From contig OZ059894.1 of assembly GCA_964057225.1 (NCBI GenBank), positions 12,772,001-12,836,000 of the forward strand: DNA of 64,000 nucleotides. The letters run 5' to 3'. Positions within the stretch are counted from its first letter, which is position 1. Every line of letters starts with the position of its first letter. The notes below the pieces were generated by a model that was not told the origin of the DNA, did not search any database, and saw nothing but the letters and a program-made list of their open reading frames with translations. The DNA comes from Auanema rhodensis (Eukaryota; Animalia; Nematoda). The translations under genes and the position numbers were made by a program. This document shows positions 28,301 to 43,300 of the stretch, piece after piece.

Positions 28301-31300
28301 TATCAGAAAATTCAAATTAAGATCGTTTTTAATGTTTCAAATCTCAATGAACGAATGAATTGTTTCAAAACTATTGTAAAAATATGAGATTGTTTCAAAA
28401 TACGTGATTAAATGAAGAAAATGGAGCAAAATGAATTGGAAAATTATAAAATATTTTCATGTTTTATTTCTTGAGTATCAAAATATTTAAACTTTTTTTT
28501 TTCACTGTTTAAAATCTTAATGAACGAATGAATTGTTTCAAAACTATTGTAAAAATATGAGATTGTTTCAAAATACGTGATTAAATGAAGAAAATGGAGT
28601 AAAATGAATTGGAAAATTATAAAATATTTTCATGTTTTATTTCTTGAGTTTCAAAATATTCAAACTTTTTTTTTTCACTGTTTAAAATCTTACAGAACGA
28701 ATGAATTGTTTCAAAACTATTGTAAAAATTTGAGATTGTTTCAAAATACGTGATTAAATGAAGAAAATGGAGTAAAATGAATTGGAAAATTATAAAATAT
28801 TTCCATGTTTTATTTTCTTAGTATCAGAAAATTCGAATTAAGATCGTTTTCAATGTTTCAAATCTTAATGAACGAATTAATTGTTTCAAAACTATTGTAA
28901 AAATATGAGATTGTTTCAAAATACGTGATTAAATGAAGAAAATGGAGTAAAATGAATTGGAAAATTATAAAATATTTCCATGTTTTATTTTTTTAGTATC
29001 AGAAAATTCAAATTAAGATCGTTTTTAATGTTTCAAATCTCAATGAACGAATGAATTGTTTCAAAACTATTGTAAAAATATGAGATTGTTTCAAAATACG
29101 TGATTAAATGAAGAAAATGGAGTAAAATGAATTGGAAAATTATAAAATATTTTCATGTTTTATTTCTTGAGTTTCAAAATATTCAAACTTTTTTTTTTCA
29201 CTGTTTAAAATCTTAATGAACGAATGAATTGTTTCAAAACTATTGTAAAAATATGAGATTGTTTCAAAATACGTGATTAAATGAAGAAAATGGAGTAAAA
29301 TGAATTGGAAAATTATAAAATATTTCCATGTTTTATTTTCTTAGTATCAGAAAATTCAAATTAAGATCGTTTTCAATGTTTCAAATCTTAATGAACGAAT
29401 TAATCGTTTCAAAACTATTGTAAAAATATGAGATTGTTTCAAAATACGTGATTAAATGAAGAAAATAGAGTAAAATGAATTGGAATATTATAAAATATTT
29501 TCATGTTTTATTTCTTGAGTATCAAAATATTCAAACTTTTTTTTTTCACTGTTTAAAATCTTAATGAACGAATGAATTGTTTCAAAACTATTGTAAAAAT
29601 ATGAGATTGTTTCAAAATACGTGATTAAATGAAGGAAATGGAGTAAAATGAATTGGAAAATTATAAAATATTTTCATGTTTTATTTCTTGAGTTTCAAAA
29701 TATTCAAACTTTGTTTTTTCACTGTTTAAAATCTTAATGAACGAATGAATTGTTTCAAAACTATTGTAAAAATTTGAGATTGTTTCAAAATACGTGATTA
29801 AATGAAGAAAATGGAGTAAAATGAATTGGAAAATTATAAAATATTTTCATGTTTTATTTCTTGAGTTTCAAAATATTCAAACTTTTTTTTTTCACTGTTT
29901 AAAATCTTAATGAACGAATGAATTGTTTCAAAACTATTGTAAAAATATGAGATTGTTTCAAAATACGTGATTAAATGAAGGAAATGGAGTAAAATGAATT
30001 GGAAAATTATAAAATATTTTCATGTTTTATTTCTTGAGTTTCAAAATATTCAAACTTTTTTTTTTCACTGTTTAAAATCTTAATGAACGAATGAATTGTT
30101 TCAAAACTATTGTAAAAATTTGAGATTGTTTCAAAATACGTGATTAAATGAAGAAAATGGAGTAAAATGAATTGGAAAATTATAAAATATTTTCATGTTT
30201 TATTTCTTGAGTTTCAAAATATTCAAACTTTTTTTTTTCACTGTTTCAAATCTTAATGAACGAATGAATTGTTTCAAAACTATTGTAAAAATATGAGATT
30301 GTTTCAAAATACGTGATTAAATGAAGAAAATGGAGTAAAATGAATTGGAAAATTATAAAATATTTCCATGTTTTATTTTCTTAGTATCAGAAAATTCAAA
30401 TTAAGATCGTTTTTAATGTTTCAAATCTTAATGAACGAATGAATTGTTTCAAAACTATTGTAAAAATATGAGATTAATTCAAAATACGTGATTAAATGAA
30501 GAAAATGGAGTAAAATGAATTGGAAAATTATAAAATATTTTCATGTTTTATTTCTTGAGTTTCAAAATATTCAAACTTTTTTTTTTCACTGTTTAAAATC
30601 TTAATGAACGAATGAATTGTTTCAAAACTATTGTAAAAATATGAGATTGTTTCAAAATACGTGATTAAATGAAGAAAATGGAGTAAAATGAATTGGAAAA
30701 TTATAAAATATTTTCATGTTTTATTTCTTGAGTTTCAAAATATTCAAACTTTTTTTTTTCACTGTTTAAAATCTTAATTAACGAATGAATTGTTTCAAAA
30801 CTATTGTAAAAATATGAGATTGTTTCAAAATACGTGATTAAATGAAGAAAATGGAGTAAAATGAATTGGAAAATTATAAAATATTTCCATGTTTCATTTT
30901 TTTAGTATCAGAAAATTCAAATTAAGATCGTTTTTAATGTTTCAAATCTCAATGAACGAATGAATTGTTTCAAAACTATTGTAAAAATATGAGATTGTTT
31001 CAAAATACGTGATTAAATGAAGAAAATGGAGCAAAATGAATTGGAAAATTATAAAATATTTTCATGTTTTATTTCTTGAGTATCAAAATATTTAAACTTT
31101 TTTTTTTCACTGTTTAAAATCTTAATGAACGAATGAATTGTTTCAAAACTATTGTAAAAATATGAGATTGTTTCAAAATACGTGATTAAATGAAGAAAAT
31201 GGAGTAAAATGAATTGGAAAATTATAAAATATTTTCATGTTTTATTTCTTGAGTTTCAAAATATTCAAACTTTTTTTTTTCACTGTTTAAAATCTTACAG

Positions 31301-34300
31301 AACGAATGAATTGTTTCAAAACTATTGTAAAAATTTGAGATTGTTTCAAAATACGTGATTAAATGAAGAAAATGGAGTAAAATGAATTGGAAAATTATAA
31401 AATATTTCCATGTTTTATTTTTTTAGTATCAGAAAATTCAAATTAAGATCGTTTTTAATGTTTCAAATCTCAATGAACGAATGAATTGTTTCAAAACTAT
31501 TGTAAAAATATGAGATTGTTTCAAAATACGTGATTAAATGAAGAAAATGGAGTAAAATGAATTGGAAAATTATAAAATATTTCCATGTTTTATTTTTTTA
31601 GTATCAGAAAATTCAAATTAAGATCGTTTTTAATGTTTCAAATCTCAATGAACGAATGAATTGTTTCAAAACTATTGTAAAAATATGAGATTGTTTCAAA
31701 ATACGTGATTAAATGAAGAAAATGGAGCAAAATGAATTGGAAAATTATAAAATATTTTCATGTTTTATTTCTTGAGTATCAAAATATTTAAACTTTTTTT
31801 TTTCACTGTTTAAAATCTTAATGAACGAATGAATTGTTTCAAAACTATTGTAAAAATATGAGATTGTTTCAAAATACGTGATTAAATGAAGAAAATGGAG
31901 TAAAATGAATTGGAAAATTATAAAATATTTTCATGTTTTATTTCTTGAGTTTCAAAATATTCAAACTTTTTTTTTTCACTGTTTAAAATCTTACAGAACG
32001 AATGAATTGTTTCAAAACTATTGTAAAAATTTGAGATTGTTTCAAAATACGTGATTAAATGAAGAAAATGGAGTAAAATGAATTGGAAAATTATAAAATA
32101 TTTCCATGTTTTATTTTTTTAGTATCAGAAAATTCAAATTAAGATCGTTTTTAATGTTTCAAATCTCAATGAACGAATGAATTGTTTCAAAACTATTGTA
32201 AAAATATGAGATTGTTTCAAAATACGTGATTAAATGAAGAAAATGGAGTAAAATGAATTGGAAAATTATAAAATATTTTCATGTTTTATTTCTTGAGTTT
32301 CAAAATATTCAAACTTTTTTTTTTCACTGTTTAAAATCTTAATGAACGAATGAATTGTTTCAAAACTATTGTAAAAATATGAGATTGTTTCAAAATACGT
32401 GATTAAATGAAGAAAATGGAGTAAAATGAATTGGAAAATTATAAAATATTTCCATGTTTTATTTTCTTAGTATCAGAAAATTCAAATTAAGATCGTTTTC
32501 AATGTTTCAAATCTTAATGAACGAATTAATCGTTTCAAAACTATTGTAAAAATATGAGATTGTTTCAAAATACGTGATTAAATGAAGAAAATAGAGTAAA
32601 ATGAATTGGAATATTATAAAATATTTTCATGTTTTATTTCTTGAGTATCAAAATATTCAAACTTTTTTTTTTCACTGTTTAAAATCTTAATGAACGAATG
32701 AATTGTTTCAAAACTATTGTAAAAATATGAGATTGTTTCAAAATACGTGATTAAATGAAGGAAATGGAGTAAAATGAATTGGAAAATTATAAAATATTTT
32801 CATGTTTTATTTCTTGAGTTTCAAAATATTCAAACTTTTTTTTTCACTGTTTAAAATCTTAATGAACGAATGAATTGTTTCAAAACTATTGTAAAAATTT
32901 GAGATTGTTTCAAAATACGTGATTAAATGAAGAAAATGGAGTAAAATGAATTGGAAAATTATAAAATATTTCCATGTTTTATTTTTTTAGTATCAGAAAA
33001 TTCAAATTAAGATCGTTTTTAATGTTTCAAATCTCAATGAACGAATGAATTGTTTCAAAACTATTGTAAAAATATGAGATTGTTTCAAAATACGTGATTA
33101 AATGAAGAAAATGGAGTAAAATGAATTGGAAAATTATAAAATATTTTCATGTTTTATTTCTTGAGTTTCAAAATATTCAAACTTTTTTTTTTCACTGTTT
33201 AAAATCTTAATGAACGAATGAATTGTTTCAAAACTATTGTAAAAATATGAGATTGTTTCAAAATACGTGATTAAATGAAGAAAATGGAGTAAAATGAATT
33301 GGAAAATTATAAAATATTTCCATGTTTTATTTTCTTAGTATCAGAAAATTCAAATTAAGATCGTTTTTAATGTTTCAAATCTTAATGAACGAATGAATTG
33401 TTTCAAAACTATTGTAAAAATATGAGATTGTTTCAAAATACGTGATTAAATGAAGAAAATGGAGTAAAATGAATTGGAAAATTATAAAATATTTTCATTT
33501 TTTATTTCTTGAGTATCAAAATATTCAAAATTATATCTTTTTTACTGTTAAAAACATTATTAACTGGATGATTTGTTTGGAAATTATTGTAAAAATATGA
33601 GATTGTTTCAAAATACGTGATTAAATGAAGAAAATGGAGCAAAATGAATTGGAAAATTATAAAATATTTTCATGTTTTATTTCTTGAGTATCAAAATATT
33701 TAAACTTTTTTTTTTCACTGTTTAAAATCTTACAGAACGAATGAATTGTTTCAAAACTATTGTAAAAATTTGAGATTGTTTCAAAATTTGTGATTAAATG
33801 AAGAAAATGGAGTAAAATGAATTGGAAAATTATAAAATATTTCCATGTTTTATTTTCTTAGTATCAGAAAATTCAAATTAAGATCGTTTTTAATGTTTCA
33901 AATCTTAATGAACGAATGAATTGTTTCAAAACTATTGTAAAAATATGAGATTGTTTCAAAATACGTGATTAAATGAAGAAAATGGAGTAAAATGAATTGG
34001 AAAATTATAAAATATTTCCATGTTTTATTTTCTTAGTATCAGAAAATTCAAATTAAGATCGTTTTTAATGTTTCAAATCTTAATGAACGAATGAATTGTT
34101 TCAAAACTATTGTAAAAATATGAGATTAATTCAAAATACGTGATTAAATGAAGAAAATGGAGTAAAATGAATTGGAAAATTATAAAATATTTTCATGTTT
34201 TATTTCTTGAGTTTCAAAATATTCAAACTTTTTTTTTTCACTGTTTAAAATCTTAATGAACGAATGAATTGTTTCAAAACTATTGTAAAAATATGAGATT

Positions 34301-37300
34301 GTTTCAAAATACGTGATTAAATGAAGAAAATGGAGTAAAATGAATTGGAAAATTATAAAATATTTTCATGTTTTATTTCTTGAGTTTCAAAATATTCAAA
34401 CTTTTTTTTTTCACTGTTTAAAATCTTAATTAACGAATGAATTGTTTCAAAACTATTGTAAAAATATGAGATTGTTTCAAAATACGTGATTAAATGAAGA
34501 AAATGGAGTAAAATGAATTGGAAAATTATAAAATATTTCCATGTTTTATTTTTTTAGTATCAGAAAATTCAAATTAAGATCGTTTTTAATGTTTCAAATC
34601 TCAATGAACGAATGAATTGTTTCAAAACTATTGTAAAAATATGAGATTGTTTCAAAATACGTGATTAAATGAAGAAAATGGAGTAAAATGAATTGGAAAA
34701 TTATAAAATATTTTCATGTTTTATTTCTTGAGTATCAAAATATTTAAACTTTTTTTTTTCACTGTTTAAAATCTTAATGAACGAATGAATTGTTTCAAAA
34801 CTATTGTAAAAATATGAGATTGTTTCAAAATACGTGATTAAATGAAGAAAATGGAGTAAAATGAATTGGAAAATTATAAAATATTTTCATGTTTTATTTC
34901 TTGAGTTTCAAAATATTCAAACTTTTTTTTTTCACTGTTTAAAATCTTACAGAACGAATGAATTGTTTCAAAACTATTGTAAAAATTTGAGATTGTTTCA
35001 AAATACGTGATTAAATGAAGAAAATGGAGTAAAATGAATTGGAAAATTATAAAATATTTCCATGTTTTATTTTCTTAGTATCAGAAAATTCGAATTAAGA
35101 TCGTTTTCAATGTTTCAAATCTTAATGAACGAATTAATTGTTTCAAAACTATTGTAAAAATATGAGATTGTTTCAAAATACGTGATTAAATGAAGAAAAT
35201 GGAGTAAAATGAATTGGAAAATTATAAAATATTTCCATGTTTTATTTTTTTAGTATCAGAAAATTCAAATTAAGATCGTTTTTAATGTTTCAAATCTCAA
35301 TGAACGAATGAATTGTTTCAAAACTATTGTAAAAATATGAGATTGTTTCAAAATACGTGATTAAATGAAGAAAATGGAGTAAAATGAATTGGAAAATTAT
35401 AAAATATTTTCATGTTTTATTTCTTGAGTTTCAAAATATTCAAACTTTTTTTTTTCACTGTTTAAAATCTTAATGAACGAATGAATTGTTTCAAAACTAT
35501 TGTAAAAATATGAGATTGTTTCAAAATACGTGATTAAATGAAGAAAATGGAGTAAAATGAATTGGAAAATTATAAAATATTTCCATGTTTTATTTTCTTA
35601 GTATCAGAAAATTCAAATTAAGATCGTTTTCAATGTTTCAAATCTTAATGAACGAATTAATCGTTTCAAAACTATTGTAAAAATATGAGATTGTTTCAAA
35701 ATACGTGATTAAATGAAGAAAATAGAGTAAAATGAATTGGAATATTATAAAATATTTTCATGTTTTATTTCTTGAGTATCAAAATATTCAAACTTTTTTT
35801 TTTCACTGTTTAAAATCTTAATGAACGAATGAATTGTTTCAAAACTATTGTAAAAATATGAGATTGTTTCAAAATACGTGATTAAATGAAGGAAATGGAG
35901 TAAAATGAATTGGAAAATTATAAAATATTTCCATGTTTTATTTTCTTAGTATCAGAAAATTCAAATTAAGATCGTTTTTAATGTTTCAAATCTCAATGAA
36001 CGAATGAATTGTTTCAAAACTATTGTAAAAATATGAGATTGTTTCAAAATACGTGATTAAATGAAGAAAATGGAGTAAAATGAATTGGAAAATTATAAAA
36101 TATTTTCATGTTTTATTTCTTGAGTTTCAAAATATTCAAACTTTTTTTTTTCACTGTTTAAAATCTTAATGAACGAATGAATTGTTTCAAAACTATTGTA
36201 AAAATATGAGATTGTTTCAAAATACGTGATTAAATGAAGAAAATGGAGTAAAATGAATTGGAAAATTATAAAATATTTCCATGTTTTATTTTCTTAGTAT
36301 CAGAAAATTCAAATTAAGATCGTTTTCAATGTTTCAAATCTTAATGAACGAATTAATCGTTTCAAAACTATTGTAAAAATATAAGATTGTTTCAAAATAC
36401 GTGATTAAATGAAGAAAATAGAGTAAAATGAATTGGAATATTATAAAATATTTTCATGTTTTATTTCTTGAGTATCAAAATATTCAAACTTTTTTTTTTC
36501 ACTGTTTAAAATCTTAATGAACGAATGAATTGTTTCAAAACTATTGTAAAAATATGAGATTGTTTCAAAATACGTGATTAAATGAAGGAAATGGAGTAAA
36601 ATGAATTGGAAAATTATAAAATATTTTCATGTTTTATTTCTTGAGTTTCAAAATATTCAAACTTTGTTTTTTCACTGTTTAAAATCTTAATGAACGAATG
36701 AATTGTTTCAAAACTATTGTAAAAATTTGAGATTGTTTCAAAATACGTGATTAAATGAAGAAAATGGAGTAAAATGAATTGGAAAATTATAAAATATTTC
36801 CATGTTTTATTTTTTTAGTATCAGAAAATTCAAATTAAGATCGTTTTTAATGTTTCAAATCTCAATGAACGAATGAATTGTTTCAAAACTATTGTAAAAA
36901 TATGAGATTGTTTCAAAATACGTGATTAAATGAAGAAAATGGAGTAAAATGAATTGGAAAATTATAAAATATTTTCATGTTTTATTTCTTGAGTTTCAAA
37001 ATATTCAAACTTTTTTTTTTCACTGTTTAAAATCTTAATGAACGAATGAATTGTTTCAAAACTATTGTAAAAATTTGAGATTGTTTCAAAATACGTGATT
37101 TAATGAAGAAAATAGAGTAAAATGAATTGGAAAATTATAAAATATTTTCATGTTTTATTTTTTTAGTATCAGAAAATTCAAATTAAGATCGTTTTTAATG
37201 TTTCAAATCTTAATGAACGAATGAATTGTTTCAAAACTATTGTAAAAATATGAGATTGTTTCAAAATACGTGATTAAATGAAGAAAATGGAGTAAAATGA

Positions 37301-40300
37301 ATTGGAAAATTATAAAATATTTTCATTTTTTATTTCTTGAGTATCAAAATATTCAAAATTATATCTTTTTTACTGTTAAAAACATTATTAACTGGATGAT
37401 TTGTTTGGAAATTATTGTAAAAATATGAGATTGTTTCAAAATACGTGATTAAATGAAGAAAATGGAGCAAAATGAATTGGAAAATTATAAAATATTTCCA
37501 TGTTTTATTTTCTTAGTATCAGAAAATTCAAATTAAGATCGTTTTTAATGTTTCAAATCTTAATGAACGAATGAATTGTTTCAAAACTATTGTAAAAATA
37601 TGAGATTAATTCAAAATACGTGATTAAATGAAGAAAATGGAGTAAAATGAATTAGAAAATTATAAAATATTTTCATGTTTTATTTCTTGAGTTTCAAAAT
37701 ATTCAAACTTTTTTTTTTCACTGTTTAAAATCTTAATGAACGAATGAATTGTTTCAAAACTATTGTAAAAATATGAGATTGTTTCAAAATACGTGATTAA
37801 ATGAAGAAAATGGAGTAAAATGAATTGGAAAATTATAAAATATTTCCATGTTTTATTTTTTTAGTATCAGAAAATTCAAATTAAGATCGTTTTTAATGTT
37901 TCAAATCTCAATGAACGAATGAATTGTTTCAAAACTATTGTAAAAATATGAGATTGTTTCAAAATACGTGATTAAATGAAGAAAATGGAGCAAAATGAAT
38001 TGGAAAATTATAAAATATTTTCATGTTTTATTTCTTGAGTATCAAAATATTTAAACTTTTTTTTTTCACTGTTTAAAATCTTAATGAACGAATGAATTGT
38101 TTCAAAACTATTGTAAAAATATGAGATTGTTTCAAAATACGTGATTAAATGAAGAAAATGGAGTAAAATGAATTGGAAAATTATAAAATATTTTCATGTT
38201 TTATTTCTTGAGTTTCAAAATATTCAAACTTTTTTTTTTCACTGTTTAAAATCTTACAGAACGAATGAATTGTTTCAAAACTATTGTAAAAATTTGAGAT
38301 TGTTTCAAAATACGTGATTAAATGAAGAAAATGGAGTAAAATGAATTGGAAAATTATAAAATATTTTCATGTTTTATTTCTTGAGTATCAAAATATTTAA
38401 ACTTTTTTTTTTCACTGTTTAAAATCTTACAGAACGAATGAATTGTTTCAAAACTATTGTAAAAATTTGAGATTGTTTCAAAATTTGTGATTAAATGAAG
38501 AAAATGGAGTAAAATGAATTGGAAAATTATAAAATATTTCCATGTTTTATTTTCTTAGTATCAGAAAATTCAAATTAAGATCGTTTTTAATGTTTCAAAT
38601 CTTAATGAACGAATGAATTGTTTCAAAACTATTGTAAAAATATGAGATTGTTTCAAAATACGTGATTAAATGAAGAAAATGGAGTAAAATGAATTGGAAA
38701 ATTATAAAATATTTCCATGTTTTATTTTCTTAGTATCAGAAAATTCAAATTAAGATCGTTTTTAATGTTTCAAATCTTAATGAACGAATGAATTGTTTCA
38801 AAACTATTGTAAAAATATGAGATTAATTCAAAATACGTGATTAAATGAAGAAAATGGAGTAAAATGAATTGGAAAATTATAAAATATTTTCATGTTTTAT
38901 TTCTTGAGTTTCAAAATATTCAAACTTGTTTTTTTCACTGTTTAAAATCTTAATGAACGAATGAATTGTTTCAAAACTATTGTAAAAATATGAGATTGTT
39001 TCAAAATACGTGATTAAATGAAGAAAATGGAGTAAAATGAATTGGAAAATTATAAAATATTTTCATGTTTTATTTCTTGAGTTTCAAAATATTCAAACTT
39101 TTTTTTTTCACTGTTTAAAATCTTAATTAACGAATGAATTGTTTCAAAACTATTGTAAAAATATGAGATTGTTTCAAAATACGTGATTAAATGAAGAAAA
39201 TGGAGTAAAATGAATTGGAAAATTATAAAATATTTCCATGTTTTATTTTTTTAGTATCAGAAAATTCAAATTAAGATCGTTTTTAATGTTTCAAATCTCA
39301 ATGAACGAATGAATTGTTTCAAAACTATTGTAAAAATATGAGATTGTTTCAAAATACGTGATTAAATGAAGAAAATGGAGCAAAATGAATTGGAAAATTA
39401 TAAAATATTTTCATGTTTTATTTCTTGAGTATCAAAATAATTAAACTTTTTTTTTTCACTGTTTAAAATCTTAATGAACGAATGAATTGTTTCAAAACTA
39501 TTGTAAAAATATGAGATTGTTTCAAAATACGTGATTAAATGAAGAAAATGGAGTAAAATGAATTGGAAAATTATAAAATATTTTCATGTTTTATTTCTTG
39601 AGTTTCAAAATATTCAAACTTTTTTTTTTCACTGTTTAAAATCTTACAGAACGAATGAATTGTTTCAAAACTATTGTAAAAATTTGAGATTGTTTCAAAA
39701 TACGTGATTAAATGAAGAAAATGGAGTAAAATGAATTGGAAAATTATAAAATATTTCCATGTTTTATTTTCTTAGTATCAGAAAATTCGAATTAAGATCG
39801 TTTTCAATGTTTCAAATCTTAATGAACGAATTAATTGTTTCAAAACTATTGTAAAAATATGAGATTGTTTCAAAATACGTGATTAAATGAAGAAAATGGA
39901 GTAAAATGAATTGGAAAATTATAAAATATTTCCATGTTTTATTTTTTTAGTATCAGAAAATTCAAATTAAGATCGTTTTTAATGTTTCAAATCTCAATGA
40001 ACGAATGAATTGTTTCAAAACTATTGTAAAAATATGAGATTGTTTCAAAATACGTGATTAAATGAAGAAAATGGAGTAAAATGAATTGGAAAATTATAAA
40101 ATATTTTCATGTTTTATTTCTTGAGTTTCAAAATATTCAAACTTTTTTTTTTCACTGTTTAAAATCTTAATGAACGAATGAATTGTTTCAAAACTATTGT
40201 AAAAATATGAGATTGTTTCAAAATACGTGATTAAATGAAGAAAATGGAGTAAAATGAATTGGAAAATTATAAAATATTTCCATGTTTCATTTTCTTAGTA

Positions 40301-43300
40301 TCAGAAAATTCAAATTAAGATCGTTTTCAATGTTTCAAATCTTAATGAACGAATTAATCGTTTCAAAACTATTGTAAAAATATGAGATTGTTTCAAAATA
40401 CGTGATTAAATGAAGAAAATAGAGTAAAATGAATTGGAATATTATAAAATATTTTCATGTTTTATTTCTTGAGTATCAAAATATTCAAACTTTTTTTTTT
40501 CACTGTTTAAAATCTTAATGAACGAATGAATTGTTTCAAAACTATTGTAAGAATATGAGATTGTTTCAAAATACGTGATTAAATGAAGGAAATGGAGTAA
40601 AATGAATTGGAAAATTATAAAATATTTTCATGTTTTATTTCTTGAGTTTCAAAATATTCAAACTTTTTTTTTTCACTGTTTAAAATCTTAATGAACGAAT
40701 GAATTGTTTCAAAACTATTGTAAAAATTTGAGATTGTTTCAAAATACGTGATTAAATGAAGAAAATGGAGTAAAATGAATTGGAAAATTATAAAATATTT
40801 CCATGTTTTATTTTTTTAGTATCAGAAAATTCAAATTAAGATCGTTTTTAATGTTTCAAATCTCAATGAACGAATGAATTGTTTCAAAACTATTGTAAAA
40901 ATATGAGATTGTTTCAAAATACGTGATTAAATGAAGAAAATGGAGTAAAATGAATTGGAAAATTATAAAATATTTTCATGTTTTATTTCTTGAGTTTCAA
41001 AATATTCAAACTTTTTTTTTTCACTGTTTAAAATCTTAATGAACGAATGAATTGTTTCAAAACTATTGTAAAAATTTGAGATTGTTTCAAAATACGTGAT
41101 TTAATGAAGAAAATAGAGTAAAATGAATTGGAAAATTATAAAATATTTTCATGTTTTATTTTTTTAGTATCAGAAAATTCAAATTAAGATCGTTTTTAAT
41201 GTTTCAAATCTTAATGAACGAATGAATTGTTTCAAAACTATTGTAAAAATATGAGATTGTTTCAAAATACGTGATTAAATGAAGAAAATGGAGTAAAATG
41301 AATTGGAAAATTATAAAATATTTTCATTTTTTATTTCTTGAGTATCAAAATATTCAAAATTATATCTTTTTTACTGTTAAAAACATTATTAACTGGATGA
41401 TTTGTTTGGAAATTATTGTAAAAATATGAGATTGTTTCAAAATACGTGATTAAATGAAGAAAATGGAGCAAAATGAATTGGAAAATTATAAAATATTTTC
41501 ATGTTTTATTTCTTGAGTATCAAAATATTTAAACTTTTTTTTTTCACTGTTTAAAATCTTACAGAACGAATGAATTGTTTCAAAACTATTGTAAAAATTT
41601 GAGATTGTTTCAAAATTTGTGATTAAATGAAGAAAATGGAGTAAAATGAATTGGAAAATTATAAAATATTTCCATGTTTTATTTTCTTAGTATCAGAAAA
41701 TTCAAATTAAGATCGTTTTTAATGTTTCAAATCTTAATGAACGAATGAATTGTTTCAAAACTATTGTAAAAATATGAGATTGTTTCAAAATACGTGATTA
41801 AATGAAGAAAATGGAGTAAAATGAATTGGAAAATTATAAAATATTTCCATGTTTTATTTTCTTAGTATCAGAAAATTCAAATTAAGATCGTTTTTAATGT
41901 TTCAAATCTCAATGAACGAATGAATTGTTTCAAAACTATTGTAAAAATATGAGATTAATTCAAAATACGTGATTAAATGAAGAAAATGGAGTAAAATGAA
42001 TTGGAAAATTATAAAATATTTTCATGTTTTATTTCTTGAGTTTCAAAATATTCAAACTTTTTTTTTTCACTGTTTAAAATCTTAATGAACGAATGAATTG
42101 TTTCAAAACTATTGTAAAAATATGAGATTGTTTCAAAATACGTGATTAAATGAAGAAAATGGAGTAAAATGAATTGGAAAATTATAAAATATTTTCATGT
42201 TTTATTTCTTGAGTTTCAAAATATTCAAACTTTTTTTTTTCACTGTTTAAAATCTTAATTAACGAATGAATTGTTTCAAAACTATTGTAAAAATATGAGA
42301 TTGTTTCAAAATACGTGATTAAATGAAGAAAATGGAGTAAAATGAATTGGAAAATTATAAAATATTTCCATGTTTTATTTTTTTAGTATCAGAAAATTCA
42401 AATTAAGATCGTTTTTAATGTTTCAAATCTCAATGAACGAATGAATTGTTTCAAAACTATTGTAAAAATATGAGATTGTTTCAAAATACGTGATTAAATG
42501 AAGAAAATGGAGCAAAATGAATTGGAAAATTATAAAATATTTTCATGTTTTATTTCTTGAGTATCAAAATATTTAAACTTTTTTTTTTCACTGTTTAAAA
42601 TCTTAATGAACGAATGAATTGTTTCAAAACTATTGTAAAAATATGAGATTGTTTCAAAATACGTGATTAAATGAAGAAAATGGAGTAAAATGAATTGGAA
42701 AATTATAAAATATTTTCATGTTTTATTTCTTGAGTTTCAAAATATTCAAACTTTTTTTTTTCACTGTTTAAAATCTTACAGAACGAATGAATTGTTTCAA
42801 AACTATTGTAAAAATTTGAGATTGTTTCAAAATACGTGATTAAATGAAGAAAATGGAGTAAAATGAATTGGAAAATTATAAAATATTTCCATGTTTTATT
42901 TTCTTAGTATCAGAAAATTCGAATTAAGATCGTTTTCAATGTTTCAAATCTTAATGAACGAATTAATTGTTTCAAAACTATTGTAAAAATATGAGATTGT
43001 TTCAAAATACGTGATTAAATGAAGAAAATGGAGTAAAATGAATTGGAAAATTATAAAATATTTCCATGTTTTATTTTTTTAGTATCAGAAAATTCAAATT
43101 AAGATCGTTTTTAATGTTTCAAATCTCAATGAACGAATGAATTGTTTCAAAACTATTGTAAAAATATGAGATTGTTTCAAAATACGTGATTAAATGAAGA
43201 AAATGGAGTAAAATGAATTGGAAAATTATAAAATATTTTCATGTTTTATTTCTTGAGTTTCAAAATATTCAAACTTTTTTTTTTCACTGTTTAAAATCTT

